Shown: one piece after another, positions 1 through 12,599 of the stretch | How positions within the stretch are numbered: the first letter of the stretch is position 1 | How the letters are laid out: each line of letters starts with the position of its first letter | Source of the DNA: Eledone cirrhosa | Lineage: Eukaryota | Reading direction: 5' to 3' | Assembly: GCA_964016885.1 (NCBI GenBank) | Contig: OZ024743.1 | Span: 5,332,001 to 5,396,000, forward strand | DNA: 64,000 bases | Made by a program: the position numbers and the translations under genes | The notes under the pieces: generated by a model | Database searches by the model: none | Told to the model about the DNA's origin: nothing | The model's input: only the letters and a program-made list of their open reading frames with translations

Positions 1-763
1 TACAATTTTTACTTTGGGTTTGCCTATTACTTGCATCTGTATTTGAGGAATCATTTACAGAAGTAGATATAATTGATGAATTCATTAGATGTGTTAATAT
101 CTTACATTTATATGAGATGAACACAACACAACACACAAAACACACAGTACACTACACGCAAACGATTATAATAAGCGAGGACTGAATGCAGCTGAATGCA
201 AAGTTGATTATATCAATTTGAAAGGCTGTGAGTGATTGAGGTTCATGCTTTAATGGGCTGGCTGAGTGCAATCGACTAGCAACCCAGCTCGTACCTACTG
301 GGTCCACGTGACAGCTGGTATAAGCCAGGCAGAGTCCCGCCCCACAGATGCCCTGCAGGTCCCACCTCGGGGTTCATTCCACCTCAATGGGATCCATGAT
401 TTTATTTTGCCTGGAAGGAGGGAAAGAGAATCGGAGAGATTTATGTTTAAATAAAATTTGAAGTCTAGCATATTACGGTGGAGATTTTGTTTTAAGAGAG
501 AATCATGAAAATAACGATAGTGAGAAATATAGAAAAGAGTTAGAGTAAATATTTTAAGTGAATAGAAGGTGAAGGGAAACAAACATTGAAATATAGATTA
601 GATAAATGCAAACATTAGAACCTCCTCTCATATACACTTACAAAGGTTTGCATATTACTATATATAATGTATGTATGTATGTATGTATGTATGTATGTAT
701 GTATGTATGTATGTATGTATGTATGTATGTATGTATGTATGTGTGTATGTATGTGTGTAGTGA

Positions 764-1040
764 AGGCGCGTGGCTTTGTGGTTAAGCTATTCGACTCACA
801 ATCGTATGGTTATGAGAATCGTATGTTCACGGAAGCGTGTTGTGTCCTTGAGCAAGACACTTTATTTCACATTGCTCCAGTTCATTCAACAGGGAAAATA
901 TGAATTGTACCTGTAATTTGAAGGGCCAACTTGTCACATTCTGTGTCACGCTGAATCTCCCTGAGAACTACGTTCTGCGTACGCATGTCTGTGGAATACT
1001 CAGCCACTTGCACGTTAATTTCACGAACAGGCTGAGTACC
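764..1040 (+). mobile_element. tRNA-derived SINE, family 2
   Basis: Starts GGCGCGTGGCTTTGTGGTTAAG (A-box-like). Body GTGTCCTTGAGCAAGACACTTTATTTCAC...CTGAATCTCCCTGAGAAC is shared with copies at 39271-39587 (-), 58140-58445 (+), 62810-63070 (-) and 4870-5085 (-). Confidence 0.8.
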
Positions 1041-1379
1041 AGTATTGTATGTATGTTTGTGTGAATGTGTGGACGTGCAAGCTTGTATGTATATCATATA
1101 ATTGCATGTACATATATGTAAGTGTATATAATTAAGTCTACATACATACATACATACATACATACATACATACATACATACATACATACATACATACATA
1201 CATACATGAACATAAACCATAATTATAATTAGTATAAAAATTGATGTTAATATTTGTTTCTCGTTCCAGTTAGAAGGAAAAAACTCAAACAAACAGAAAC
1301 ATTATTACGTCACTTTGAAAATCCATAGTTTAAAAGAATGAAGCCTATATACCCCTATGACTAACTTCATGTAACCGTA

Positions 1380-1390
1380 CACACACACAC

Positions 1391-1431
<41 letters not shown>

Positions 1432-1446
1432 GATACGTACATACAT

Positions 1447-1483
<37 letters not shown>

Positions 1484-1588
1484 CATACACACACACATGT
1501 ATATACATATATTATATACATACACACACACACACATATATTATACATGCATACATACATACATACACACATACACACATACATACAT

Positions 1589-1640
<52 letters not shown>

Positions 1641-1677
1641 ATACATACATACATACATACATACATACATACATACA

Positions 1678-1707
<30 letters not shown>
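1380..1707. repeat. Compound (CA)n/(TA)n/(CATA)n microsatellite
   Basis: Directly visible. Further (TATG)n/(CATA)n tracts at 667-757 and 1140-1207. Confidence 0.95.
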
Positions 1708-1708
<1 letters not shown>

Positions 1709-1835
1709 CATAAATTCTAAACTAGAAAATACAATACACAGTGGAAATGCAATAGATGAGTAAAATATAAGAGATCCAAGTCTCCCAGCTAAAAAAGGGG
1801 TCAACCATTCAGCTGAAAAAGTATTCTCAGATACT

Positions 1836-1882
1836 TCACTTTCCCTTGAATGAGGCCTTAAAAATCTCCACATTCCTCTCAT
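1836..1882 (-). CDS. Candidate short terminal exon of the minus-strand Ig-domain gene
   Basis: Pyrimidine-rich acceptor TTGTTTTCTGCCAG. In phase 1 (matching the 23669 donor) it reads (D)ERNVEIFKASFKGK*. No homology support. Confidence 0.2.
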
Positions 1883-2067
1883 CTGGCAGAAAACAACATT
1901 AAAAGGAAGACATGGAGAATTTGACAACGAAACTCTGTAGTAACAAGGAACTGACAAAATATATTGGTGGTGGTCTACAGATCTGAAGATCAAATGTTTT
2001 AATATGTAATATTATTTATTAATTAACATATGAAAACAACTGACATGCAGGCTCACTCATATACAAT

Positions 2068-2371
2068 TACTCTCAGGTCCCAAATAATAGGTGGGGGGAA
2101 TAAGCGGGGAGAGTGGAGGTTCGGAATAAGCGGAGTGAGGGAATCGATAATTATATAGAGTACGTTCGTAAATATAGAATGTCTTGTAATGTTCTTTATT
2201 TGTCATACATCATTTTTTTTAATGTAAAATAAAATTATTATTAGATTCTCCAGCTGCTGTATCGATAGAATCACTTAAAATAAAAATTTGGCGGAGATTT
2301 TAATAAGGTTTGGAAAAAATGTGAAAAATTAATAAACAGTGAGGAGGAGGATTATTCAAGACCTGAGAGTA
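2068..2371. mobile_element. MITE, Tc1/mariner-pogo-like
   Basis: About 21-bp imperfect terminal inverted repeats TACTCTCAGGTCCCAAATAAT / ATTATTCAAGACCTGAGAGTA, beginning and ending in TA; non-coding interior. Confidence 0.7.
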
Positions 2372-3354
2372 TGTTCACACATGAACACATGAACACCCCC
2401 TACCACCATCATATTCACTCACTAAGAATGCTAACAATAAAAAAGATAGATTTAAACTAGCTTTGTTTTAGATATGTCTTAGCTCCGATTAGTAAGAAGT
2501 ATTAGTAAGCCCTTTCCAATGACGATATTGATTATGATGATTTCTATTGAAATTATTTTCTAACATTAACACAGAGCACAAACATTTCAAGAGAGGGTAC
2601 ATTTGATTAAATTGATCTCCAGTACTTAGGCGGCGAATTGGCAGAGTCGTTAGAACGTCGGTTGGAATGCTGTATAGTATTCGTTCAGGCTCTCATCCTT
2701 TCGAGGTCGATAAAAAAAAGTAGCAGTCTAGTTCTGAAGTCGATTCATCTTCTCTCTCTGGAAGAAATCTGCTGTACTCAGGCCTGGAGAGAGAGGGGCT
2801 CCGCCAGCTTAAAATGCCCAAGAAACGCCGCATGTCAATACGACACCCCTACCACTCTATCATACTTGAATATCAGTTACTTTATCAACACCATAAAGAG
2901 GAAATGCAAAGGTGGCTCTAATGGGAACTGAACTTAATTCGGAATGTTAAAACATAGAACTAAGTATAGCAAGGTATTTTTGGCCTAAAATCCCCCTGTG
3001 TAACCTACACAACACAATATACACAATTGACATCTAACACTATAACATAACCCACACATTATATACGCTACATAATTACCACCCAATAAAATGACACAAC
3101 TGACATCACTCATACAGTAAACAGTGGCCACTCAATACTGTAATATAACCTACACAACACAAACCAACTCCCAATAAAATAACACAACTCACGTAGTACA
3201 TATTCTATATAATAAACAGATGAAACACTAATGTAACACCAGAAACAACAAAATTAAGTAGGTGTAACACATCATTCCATAGTCTCAACAAATGCTATAC
3301 ACACCCAACAAACAGCTGGTGGTGCAGTAGAGTTCCGATGAAATAATAATAATG

Positions 3355-3985
3355 GTTTCTACTTTTTGGCACAAGGCCAGCAATTATCCCAGTGCATTAC
3401 TGGTACTTTATTTTATCGACCCCGTAAGGATGAAAGGCAAAGTTAACCTCGGCGGGAATTGAACTCAGATCGTAAAGGGACGTAACTATGCTGGAAAGCA
3501 TGGCGTCCGACCCTCTACCGATACTGCCAATCCACAATGGTTTCTAATTTAGGCACAAGGCCAATATTTCTGGGAAAGTAGATTAAATCGACCCCTGTGC
3601 GTTATTGGTACTTTATTTTACTGACCCCCCCCCCCGTAAGAGTGAAAGGCAAAGCTAACCCCGGCGGGGTTTGAACTCGGAACGTAACTCTATGCTGCAA
3701 AGTATGGTGTACAACCCTCTACCGATCCCGCCAATCCACCGCCCTCAATTAAAAAAAAAAATGGTTTCTGATTTAGGAGCAAGGCCAACAATTTTTTTTT
3801 TGGGGGGGGGAGGGAAAAATCGATTAAATCGACCCCAGTGCATTACTGGTACTTTATTTTATCGATCCCGGAAGGATGAAAGATAAAGTTACTTCGGTGG
3901 GATATGAGCCCAGAACGTAAAGAGCCGAAACTATATTCTACAAAGCATGGCGTCTGGCGCTCTACCTATTCTGTCAATCCACCAA
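3355..3985 (-). mobile_element. Three tandem copies of tRNA-derived SINE family 1
   Basis: Each matches the reverse complement of GGATTGGCAGTATCGGTAGAG...GAGTTCAAATCCCGCCGAGGTTAACTTTGCCTTTCATCCTTACGGGGTCGATAAAATAAAGTACCAG...GGCCTTGTGCC..AGTAGAAAC. A + copy follows at 4174-4390. Confidence 0.85.
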
Positions 3986-5185
3986 TCCATTGCTCTCGTA
4001 GTTTTTAATTTAAGCAGAACCCCGGTAATTTAAGAATAAGGCCAGTAATTTGTTGGGGAGGGGAAATATTACCTCATCCCAATACTTTAATGGCAATTTA
4101 TTCGATCCTGACTTCGACGTTTACCTATTTTACCAATCCACCGCCCTTGAATATCCAGTGACAATATTTTATCAGTGGCGGATTAGCAGTATCGGTAGAG
4201 TGTCGGACAACATACTTGGGGCATTGAGTTATGGCCCTTTACGTTCTGAGTTCAGATCCCGTAGAGGTTAGCTTTGCCTCTCATCCTTACGAGGTCGATA
4301 AATAAAGTACCAGTAACGCAATGGGATCGATTTAATCGACTTTCCCTTCTCCCAAAAAATTGCTGGCCTTGTGCTGAAATCAGAAACCAATATTTTATCA
4401 TATAGGCAAAACATAAAAAAAGGGGGATTTCTAAGATATGCAAAAAAAGGAAAGGCCCTTAACTCCCGGTGGAATTGTATGGGCTCCGTTCTGACACATG
4501 ACTTGTCTTGGGCATTTAAAACCTGATGGAACTCACCCCCTCTGCATGTCAGAACTCAGTCAATTTCTCCCAGAGAAGGAAAGAGAGGAAGAATCGATCT
4601 AATATTTATATAGCTGTCGACCCCGAAAAGATAATAATAATGAAAATTATTGTGTACAGTGCTCAGGTGCACTACAACTCATCAAAGGCGCAGATCAATA
4701 GCAAAGTTGACCATGGCGAGATTTCAACTCAGAGCGTAGTATGCTGTAACAAATAACGAGTAATTTTTAACCCTACATGCTAATCGGCGCTTTCTAAAAT
4801 AGGTACAAGACCACAAATCGACGTAGTTAACTACTCGTTGTTATCAACCTCAAATAGAAGAATTGGCAATGGTACTCCGTCAGTTTCGACGACGAGTGTT
4901 CCAGTTGATACGATCAACGGAACAACCTATTCATGAATTAACATGCAAGTGACTGAGGATACGACAAACGTAGTACTCAGGGAGATTCAACGAAACATAG
5001 GATATGACAAGGCTGGCCCTTCGAATTACAAATACAATTTATTTTTGCCAGCTGAGTGGACTGGTACAATATGAAATAAAGTGTCATTGTATTAATTACA
5101 TTATTCATAAACACAGAGATCGATAGATATCTTTCTAGGTAGATAGATAGATATTTTTCTAGGTAAAAAGACACGTAGATAGATA

Positions 5186-5390
<205 letters not shown>

Positions 5391-5483
5391 TTAAGTTAGA
5401 AATTCAGAATAATTAAAATAGCTCAAAGAAAAAATATAGCCGAAATACGATTCTCGCTAATTTATATATATATAGAGAGAGAG

Positions 5484-6625
5484 AGAGATTACAATAATCA
5501 AAGTTCAGTTTAAGTCATTTATTTGCTTACAATTGTTTCCTCCAAACCGAGGTTTGGATTCTTCGGAGCAACTATTTACTGATCTATAACATACTTGACC
5601 TCCTTTTCAACCCAAGAGACATATAAAACATATGCGCATATCGATCAACAGTGGGGTGACATTCATCAAATGATATAGCATGGCAATTTACATATAAAGG
5701 TTACAGGATAAAAATAAAATAAAAACAAGAATGAAAATAAAGATAAACATGAAGCGTTGGCAGTCTATGAAGATAAAGCAAGAGGAAAGCTTAGAGTAGT
5801 CAGTGTATGAAACAATCTCACGTGTAGCATGCACGCGTGTCTTATTTATACATGATTAGAGTGCGTCAGAATGATATTTGCAGGGTCAGGCAGTTGAAGC
5901 AGGCAACCGATCTTATTATGTGGGCTGAATTATTAAGTCATTTATTCTCATACATCTGTATGATATACAGTCTCGGATGCAGGGAAACACCAAAATATCA
6001 AAAACTTTCAACATACTATAAACCTTATTGTATCGTAGGCAAAGCCGTACCACTGTCTTCGCTCACACCACCACTCACATAATCCACGAGACGCAATATA
6101 TATAGAGAACACGTGTCTATCGTATAATTCGCGATGGTTCAGCATATAATCAAGCTATAAACCGTATCCAGTCGGTTCTAATTAATAGATCATGCTGTCC
6201 AGATTCCGGAAGTGTCTGAATGACTAAGGGGAATTAATGCGTAAGGGGAGGTAACTAGCTAGTTATCTTAGTTAAATTACTATCCTAAACTACATTAATG
6301 GTGATTCAAATACGTGCCTATCATATGAAGTTATAACTAATTTCTAGAGTATGTTACCCATTTATAGGTTAGAGAGTTGTCCATTAAGAAGTACAAGGGT
6401 GTATATATTAGGATGATTACCATCCATTAAGGGGTGTCATATCTGAACGTTCTATAAGAGGAGTCAGACTCTCAAGTCACTGTTCCGTGCAAATGTAATA
6501 TAACAGTAGGACCTGGTATGGTCCCACTATTATATATGCCACCCGGTAGGCTCCGGGTCATTGCATGTCTGAATCTCCAGTAAATCTTCGGTATCGTCCG
6601 GAGATCCAATTTCTCATATACAGGC
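5484..6625 (-). repeat. 3' pseudo-LTR of the Penelope-like element
   Basis: Near-identical to 10189-11330. Confidence 0.95.
5523..5571 (-). ncRNA. Minimal type I hammerhead ribozyme in the 3' pLTR
   Basis: Minus strand: TTGCT-CCGAAGA-A-TCCAAACC-TC-GGTTTGGA-G-GAAAC-AATT-GTA^AGCAA. Stem I TTGCT/AGCAA, 8-bp stem II, palindromic stem III ACAATTGT; U4C core variant. Confidence 0.8.
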
Positions 6626-7490
6626 ACTAGTCTGGTCATCAAGCAATAGACAACCCCCGTCTCATATATAAATCAATGAAGTATCACATCTACAAGCTAG
6701 AGTGGAGTCTATTAATAGGTACTAAAGGAGTTCACATCAAGATGATTACAATCTGGAGATTAAATCTCTCATACCAGGGCACCTGTCTGGCCACCAAGCA
6801 ATACATAAACCCACATCCCACATATAGATCAGGTATCCCATCCACAAGTTAGAGTGGAGTCCAGTAACAAGTACTAAAGGAGTTCGTATCATGATGACTA
6901 CAATCCAACATGGGGTGCCACACCCGGCCAATCCATAAGAAGAGTCAGACTACATAATTAACTACATGGGTCTCACTATCAGTAATGGTCTTATTATCAT
7001 ACATGACTCCCGGCGAGATTCAGGTCGTAGTATGACTGCATCCCCGGTAAGTTCACCAGGGTGGTCCGGTGGCCGGTTCTCTCGTCAAAAGGTGCCGGTC
7101 AGGTCACCAGGCAACACAGAGGCTCCTAACTCATGCATCTCCTGTGCATAATTCATTGAACTGATCGTTTACAGTATATATTCACATAACAATACGATTA
7201 TCTATCTAATCATCAATCTATCTCTTGGTGGGAATCCATGCACAGGACTATGTTATCGCAACCAGTACCGTGTCCCCAGTTTATACTAATCTTATATTTG
7301 TGCAATGCAGAATAAGTAGTCCACGGTCGAGATATCAGAATTAGAGGTACAAGGGGGTATTCCCAGGGTAGGTGGTACTAAAATGCTGTCAGTATTATCT
7401 TTAGAGTATATAAATGGGTGTGGATGTGAGGTGTAAGGTGTGCTACTGATGTTAATTGCTAGGGGTGGTGCCGGTTCCAGTCTGACATTA

Positions 7491-9974
7491 TTATATATAG
7501 GGTTTAAAGTTTTGGAACGAGTGTCGGAAGCGGTGTTGGCAAGTTGCGAACACTTCTGATTTTTTATTAAGGAGATTATGTTTAGAGAAGATGATAGTAT
7601 GGGTCTCTAGTAGACAGAGGTTACAAAATTTATTAGGTGGTTTGTACGATGCTGCACTACCTACCACTTCCCATTTAAGTGTATATATTTTATTTTTAGT
7701 TTTTAGATAGTGTATGTAGCTAGATAGTGAAGTGGAGTTGGCTAGACTGTGTTTTTTGAAAGAGTGGAGGTGCGAATTGTATCTAGTTTTGAAGCAGTTA
7801 GAAGTGGAGCCTATATAGGTTTCAGAAGAGCTGTTAGTTGTGACTGTACATGAGTATATGATATCCTTGGTTAAGCATTTTTTATCTAAAGGGCAGGTTC
7901 TACTTGATCTACAGTTACAATTACTCTGGGTGCTAGTCTGCCGGTTACTATGCTGTGTAGAAGTTTGGATGTTAGCTATAGGGTTATGGTTATGTGGGTT
8001 GTGGTACGCAGCGTTAATGTTTACACTAGTGCTATTACTATTATTTCCATTGATATTATGGTTAGTTGCTATAATGTTACTTTGACTGTTATTTTGAATG
8101 TTATTTTGAAGGTTTATCGACCGTTGTGATTTAGTTTGTTGGAAGTAAGAATTAATTTTTCTTTTATTTGTACTAGCTATGTGGTATGCTAAGTTAGGCG
8201 TAGTAGAGTATGAGATTTTAATAGTGTTTTTGTTTAAAATGCCGTGGTATCTGTGGCCGGATGGGAAGTGTTTATCTAGTAGTGAGAAGAAAGCCCTAGG
8301 AAGGTTGGTAGAGACGTTTAAATTGAAAGGAGGGTTGAAAAATGTATTATTTCTTCTTCTATTTCTGTTTTTTATGTCTGGTGATTTGTTTCCTTTAATG
8401 TTCCTATGGTCATTTCTGTGGTGCGGGTTACTTTTGTTGTTACAATCCCTATTAGTGTGTGTGCAGTTGCTATTCCTATTATTAAATTTTCCCATTGACA
8501 TGTTGTGTGAAATGATGTTGTAGCTATGTGTTTTTGTAGGTAGGAACTCTATCCCTGTATTATGGCCTGATCTAGCTAATGCCTGATTATAATACTGCGA
8601 GTTATTGTTAAATGTGTTTATGTCATAGGATAGATTAGAGATTCTATTAGATACTCCTTTAGAGATAGAGTTCAATATAGATTTAGGGTGGTTAGACTTG
8701 GTATCTACGTAGATGAGTTTTTCATTAGGTTTGTGGAAAGGTGCATATATCATTGAGTCTAGGTAGAGTGTGGCGTCTAGGAAGTTGACGTTTTTGGTGT
8801 TTTTGTCCATGGTAATACTAAGGTTAAAGTTTTTGAATGTTTTGTGCAATAGTTTTCTAGTCCTTTCTATATTGAATTTTTTATAGTCTATAAGTAGAAG
8901 TGCATCGTCGCGATACAAACCACCGCTGAGGTACGGAAGTTCCCTGTGGATTAGGTTAAGTAAGTATAGGCCAACTAAATCAGTGACCTGCGCCGAGTCA
9001 CTAGACCCCATAGTAATGTCGAAGTTGTTTTGCGTATCCTTGCGGGTCCATAATTGGTCTTCAAAGGTGATTATTGTTTTACGGGCCGCAAGTATGACAT
9101 CAATCTGGGGTCTAGTCAAGTCACTATTGTCCATGGCCATTATAAGTGCCTTATTTAGTAGGATAGGGGAAATAGAGGTGTAGTAAGAGTTGATATCAAA
9201 TTGAATAAATTTGTTATCCTTGTTATCTATGATATTTTTGAACCATTCAATCACTTCACCCGTATTTCCCCATTGTTTAAAGTAAATCTTGTGTTTAATC
9301 TGTGGGATGATTTTGTCTAGGATTTTTTTACTGATAATGCCAATGTCAGACCTGGAGGGGCAGATTAGTCTAATCGAGGGGTTGCTAATGAAGTCTACCT
9401 TATGGTCCTTCAGAGAGAATCTAGGGGGGTTTGGGGTGTAAGGTTGTGTATGTCTCTGGAGCCCTAGTTTGGATACTATATTATAGCCTTCCATATTAAT
9501 ATCTTCTAAGTTTTTCATAGTGGTTTTCTTGTAGCTTTTATGTAGTTCATTATATATAAACTTTCTATACGTATTATAATCTAGGCTGTATATGTTATTA
9601 GTTTTGTCGGCATGTGCAAAAATTTTACTACTAGTTTTGAAGTCATTAATAGAGGTGCTAAGTTTGTTTAAGAAGGTGTTGTTTTTATTATGGTGTTTTT
9701 TGTATTTAATGTTTTTAACTAGTTTAATTAGGTCGTTTTCGAAGTGGTTTAGTAGTGTGTTATGAGGGGGGCTTCTAAATGTTTTAAAGCCGAAGGAGTC
9801 AAATTTGTTGGTGTTATTATCCTTGCCAGATTTGTTTCTATCATAATGGAATGTCCTCCATCTCACTCTATTGATAAAGGAGTTTACACTGTTGATCAAC
9901 AACTTTTCATATGTATTTTTGGTTGGTAAAGGTATGTTCTTGGTTGACATAGGGAGTTGGTCTTTGATCAGCAT
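7491..9974 (-). CDS. Penelope-like (Naiad-type) reverse transcriptase / GIY-YIG endonuclease, 827 aa, uninterrupted
   Basis: N-terminal STKNIPLP...RVRWR motif. RT motifs FIQFDINSYYTSI, FDITMGSSDSA, GLYRDD, NFLD. CNCRxxxxCPLxxxC knuckle. GIY-YIG IIY...YIGST...FKTRY..H. C-terminal CNLCLLE...LLNKKSE...CQH. Confidence 0.95.
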   Translation of the reverse strand: MLIKDQLPMSTKNIPLPTKNTYEKLLINSVNSFINRVRWRTFHYDRNKSGKDNNTNKFDSFGFKTFRSPPHNTLLNHFENDLIKLVKNIKYKKHHNKNNTFLNKLSTSINDFKTSSKIFAHADKTNNIYSLDYNTYRKFIYNELHKSYKKTTMKNLEDINMEGYNIVSKLGLQRHTQPYTPNPPRFSLKDHKVDFISNPSIRLICPSRSDIGIISKKILDKIIPQIKHKIYFKQWGNTGEVIEWFKNIIDNKDNKFIQFDINSYYTSISPILLNKALIMAMDNSDLTRPQIDVILAARKTIITFEDQLWTRKDTQNNFDITMGSSDSAQVTDLVGLYLLNLIHRELPYLSGGLYRDDALLLIDYKKFNIERTRKLLHKTFKNFNLSITMDKNTKNVNFLDATLYLDSMIYAPFHKPNEKLIYVDTKSNHPKSILNSISKGVSNRISNLSYDINTFNNNSQYYNQALARSGHNTGIEFLPTKTHSYNIISHNMSMGKFNNRNSNCTHTNRDCNNKSNPHHRNDHRNIKGNKSPDIKNRNRRRNNTFFNPPFNLNVSTNLPRAFFSLLDKHFPSGHRYHGILNKNTIKISYSTTPNLAYHIASTNKRKINSYFQQTKSQRSINLQNNIQNNSQSNIIATNHNINGNNSNSTSVNINAAYHNPHNHNPIANIQTSTQHSNRQTSTQSNCNCRSSRTCPLDKKCLTKDIIYSCTVTTNSSSETYIGSTSNCFKTRYNSHLHSFKKHSLANSTSLSSYIHYLKTKNKIYTLKWEVVGSAASYKPPNKFCNLCLLETHTIIFSKHNLLNKKSEVFATCQHRFRHSFQNFKPYI

Positions 9975-10188
9975 GCTGGTAATTTATGATATATCAGCTC
10001 AACAAAATGGAGCAGTTATTAGTATTAAGGTTACTATTTATGGTTATGTATGCAATAAAACCTTTAATGGTAATATATTATATATACAAACCCTAAATAG
10101 TGAAAGATAGTCAATAATTACTATCCTATTACCAGTAAGATAAATAGCTCAATGTAATAACATCAGTTGTTTTACAGAGCAGTTATAT

Positions 10189-11330
10189 AGAGATTACAAT
10201 AATCAAAGTTCAGTTTAAGTCATTTATTTGCTTACAATTGTTTCCTCCAAACCGAGGTTTGGATTCTTCGGAGCAACTATTTACTGATCTATAACATACT
10301 TGACCTCCTTTTCAACCCAAGAGACATATAAAACATATGCGCATATCGATCAACAGTGGGGTGACATTCATCAAATGATATAGCATGGCAATTTACATAT
10401 AAAGGTTACAGGATAAAAATAAAATAAAAACAAGAATGAAAATAAAGATAAACATGAAGCGTTGGCAGTCTATGAAGATAAAGCAAGAGGAAAGCTTAGA
10501 GTAGTCAGTGTATGAAACAATCTCACGTGTAGCATGCACGCGTGTCTTATTTATACATGATTAGAGTGCGTCAGAATGATATTTGCAGGGTCAGGCAGTT
10601 GAAGCAGGCAATCGATCTTATTATGTGGGCTGAATTATTAAGTCATTTATTCTCATACATCTGTATGATATACAGTCTCGGATGCAGGGAAACACCAAAA
10701 TATCAAAAACTTTCAACATACTATAAACCTTATTGTATCGTAGGCAAAGCCGTACCACTGTCTTCGCTCACACCACCACTCACATAATCCATGAGACGCA
10801 ATATATATAGAGAACACGTGTCTATCGTATAATTCGCGATGGTTCAGCATATAATCAAGCTATAAACCGTATCCAGTCGGTTCTAATTAATAGATCATGC
10901 TGTCCAGATTCCGGAAGTGTCTGAATGACTAAGGGGAATTAATGCGTAAGGGGAGGTAACTAGCTAGTTATCTTAGTTAAATTACTATCCTAAACTACAT
11001 TAATGGTGATTCAAATACGTGCCTATCATATGAAGTTATAACTAATTTCTAGAGTATGTTACCCATTTATAGGTTAGCGAGTTGTCCATTAAGAAGTACA
11101 AGGGTGTATATATTAGGATGATTACCATCCATTAAGGGGTGTCATATCTGAACGTTCTATAAGAGGAGTCAGACTCTCAAGTCACTGTTCCGTGCAAATG
11201 TAATATAACAGTAGGACCTGGTATGGTCCCACTATTATATATGCCACCCGGTAGGCTCCGGGTCATTGCATGTCTGAATCTCCAGTAAATCTTCGGTATG
11301 GTCCGGAGATCCAATTTCTCATATACAGGC
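10189..11330 (-). repeat. 5' pseudo-LTR (truncated upstream tandem copy)
   Basis: Near-identical to 5484-6625. Confidence 0.95.
10228..10276 (-). ncRNA. Minimal hammerhead ribozyme in the 5' pLTR
   Basis: Identical to the 5523-5571 motif. Confidence 0.8.
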
Positions 11331-11824
11331 GAGTTATATATATATATTTAGAGAGGGGGGGGGGGGGCACTACAAATATATGTCTCACAAAACTCATTTA
11401 ATTGCTTTTCCTCTCATGTAATTAACTAAATGTAATTCAAATTTCCAAAGAAATGGTAGCGACGGTGACGACAGCAGCAACAGAAATGGTAAATCAGTGA
11501 TAGCGGGGATTTGTGGATATTGGTAGTACAAAGAAGCAGGCGTGACCCACATTTCCTTCGGTAACATGGAAATACTTTAGAAATATGTTCTGTAGAAAGA
11601 AGGCTAGTGGAGCAAACTGATGCACACACACACAGAACTTTATCATTTTGCTCTTAATTTTTTCTCCCAGAACGGGTGACTGGAAGAAGCAAAATACACA
11701 CACAATCCTACTCTCTCTACCCCAGATATATGCACTTATATATACAGAGATACACTCCTCATGCCCTCTCTATCATTCTCCCAGATTATCACATGTGCAT
11801 CCGCACACACATACACACGCGCGC

Positions 11825-11943
<119 letters not shown>

Positions 11944-12564
11944 CAAACACACAAACAATCTCTTTATCTGCTAAGCAACCCTTATATATACAAACAAACA
12001 TTATAGGTTTATTAGAAACATGTGAGGAGAAAAAGGAGAGAGAGAGAGAGAGGAGGGGGAATACACACGTAGATGAGATAGACATTAGGCTATCTAACAT
12101 TTATTTATTTATCTAACATTTCAGATATTGTAGATTTAACTGAACGGCAGGCAACTGTTTGAATATCTGGCCAGGACAAACTAACTCCATGTATTTTCGC
12201 TTATCCAATCATAAGCTGACTTCGTACATTATTAGATAATACTAAAAGCAATGCTATACTACACTACAGAGTATACCTCTAGAATTTAGCCCACATTACA
12301 CGGTAATAAATATTGTTAGTGATCAGGGAATAGTTAACAGGGCTATCACTATTGTATAACAGACAGGATCAAACATTCCCCCGAGACACACACACCACAC
12401 ATATATAGGGTTTTCGAAACTAGAAATAGGTAGTTACTTAACCACTACTATCCTAGTCGATACATCGAAGTCCATCGATCAATCGACCCTCCGAAACGAT
12501 CGTAAGACAATGAACTAATGAACTAACTCTCTGCCTCCACCTGACTTCTGTTTTTGGTGCTCTA

Positions 12565-12599
<35 letters not shown>

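Larger units (their letters stand above)
5484..11330 (-). mobile_element. Full-length Penelope-like retroelement (Naiad-type) with partial-tandem pseudo-LTRs
   Basis: Single RT + GIY-YIG ORF flanked by 1142-bp direct repeats (5484-6625 and 10189-11330, offset 4705 bp, about 4 mismatches seen). Both ends abut TA/GA microsatellite. Confidence 0.93.

Noticed and set aside
230-420. GC-richer island (also 40660-40920) as a possible exon or HDV-like ribozyme
   Set aside because: Could not build the nested pseudoknot or a spliced frame by eye; left unassigned.
5837-6082. Duplicated 81-aa ORF (also 10542-10787)
   Set aside because: Antisense within the pLTR, non-ATG start, no motif; duplication is explained by the pLTR.
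7491-9974. Selenocysteine-containing Naiad ORF
   Set aside because: No in-frame TGA; the conserved Cys positions are ordinary Cys codons.
5484-11330. LTR retrotransposon
   Set aside because: Direct repeats lack TG...CA ends, PBS/PPT, gag, protease and integrase; the ORF is PLE-type.
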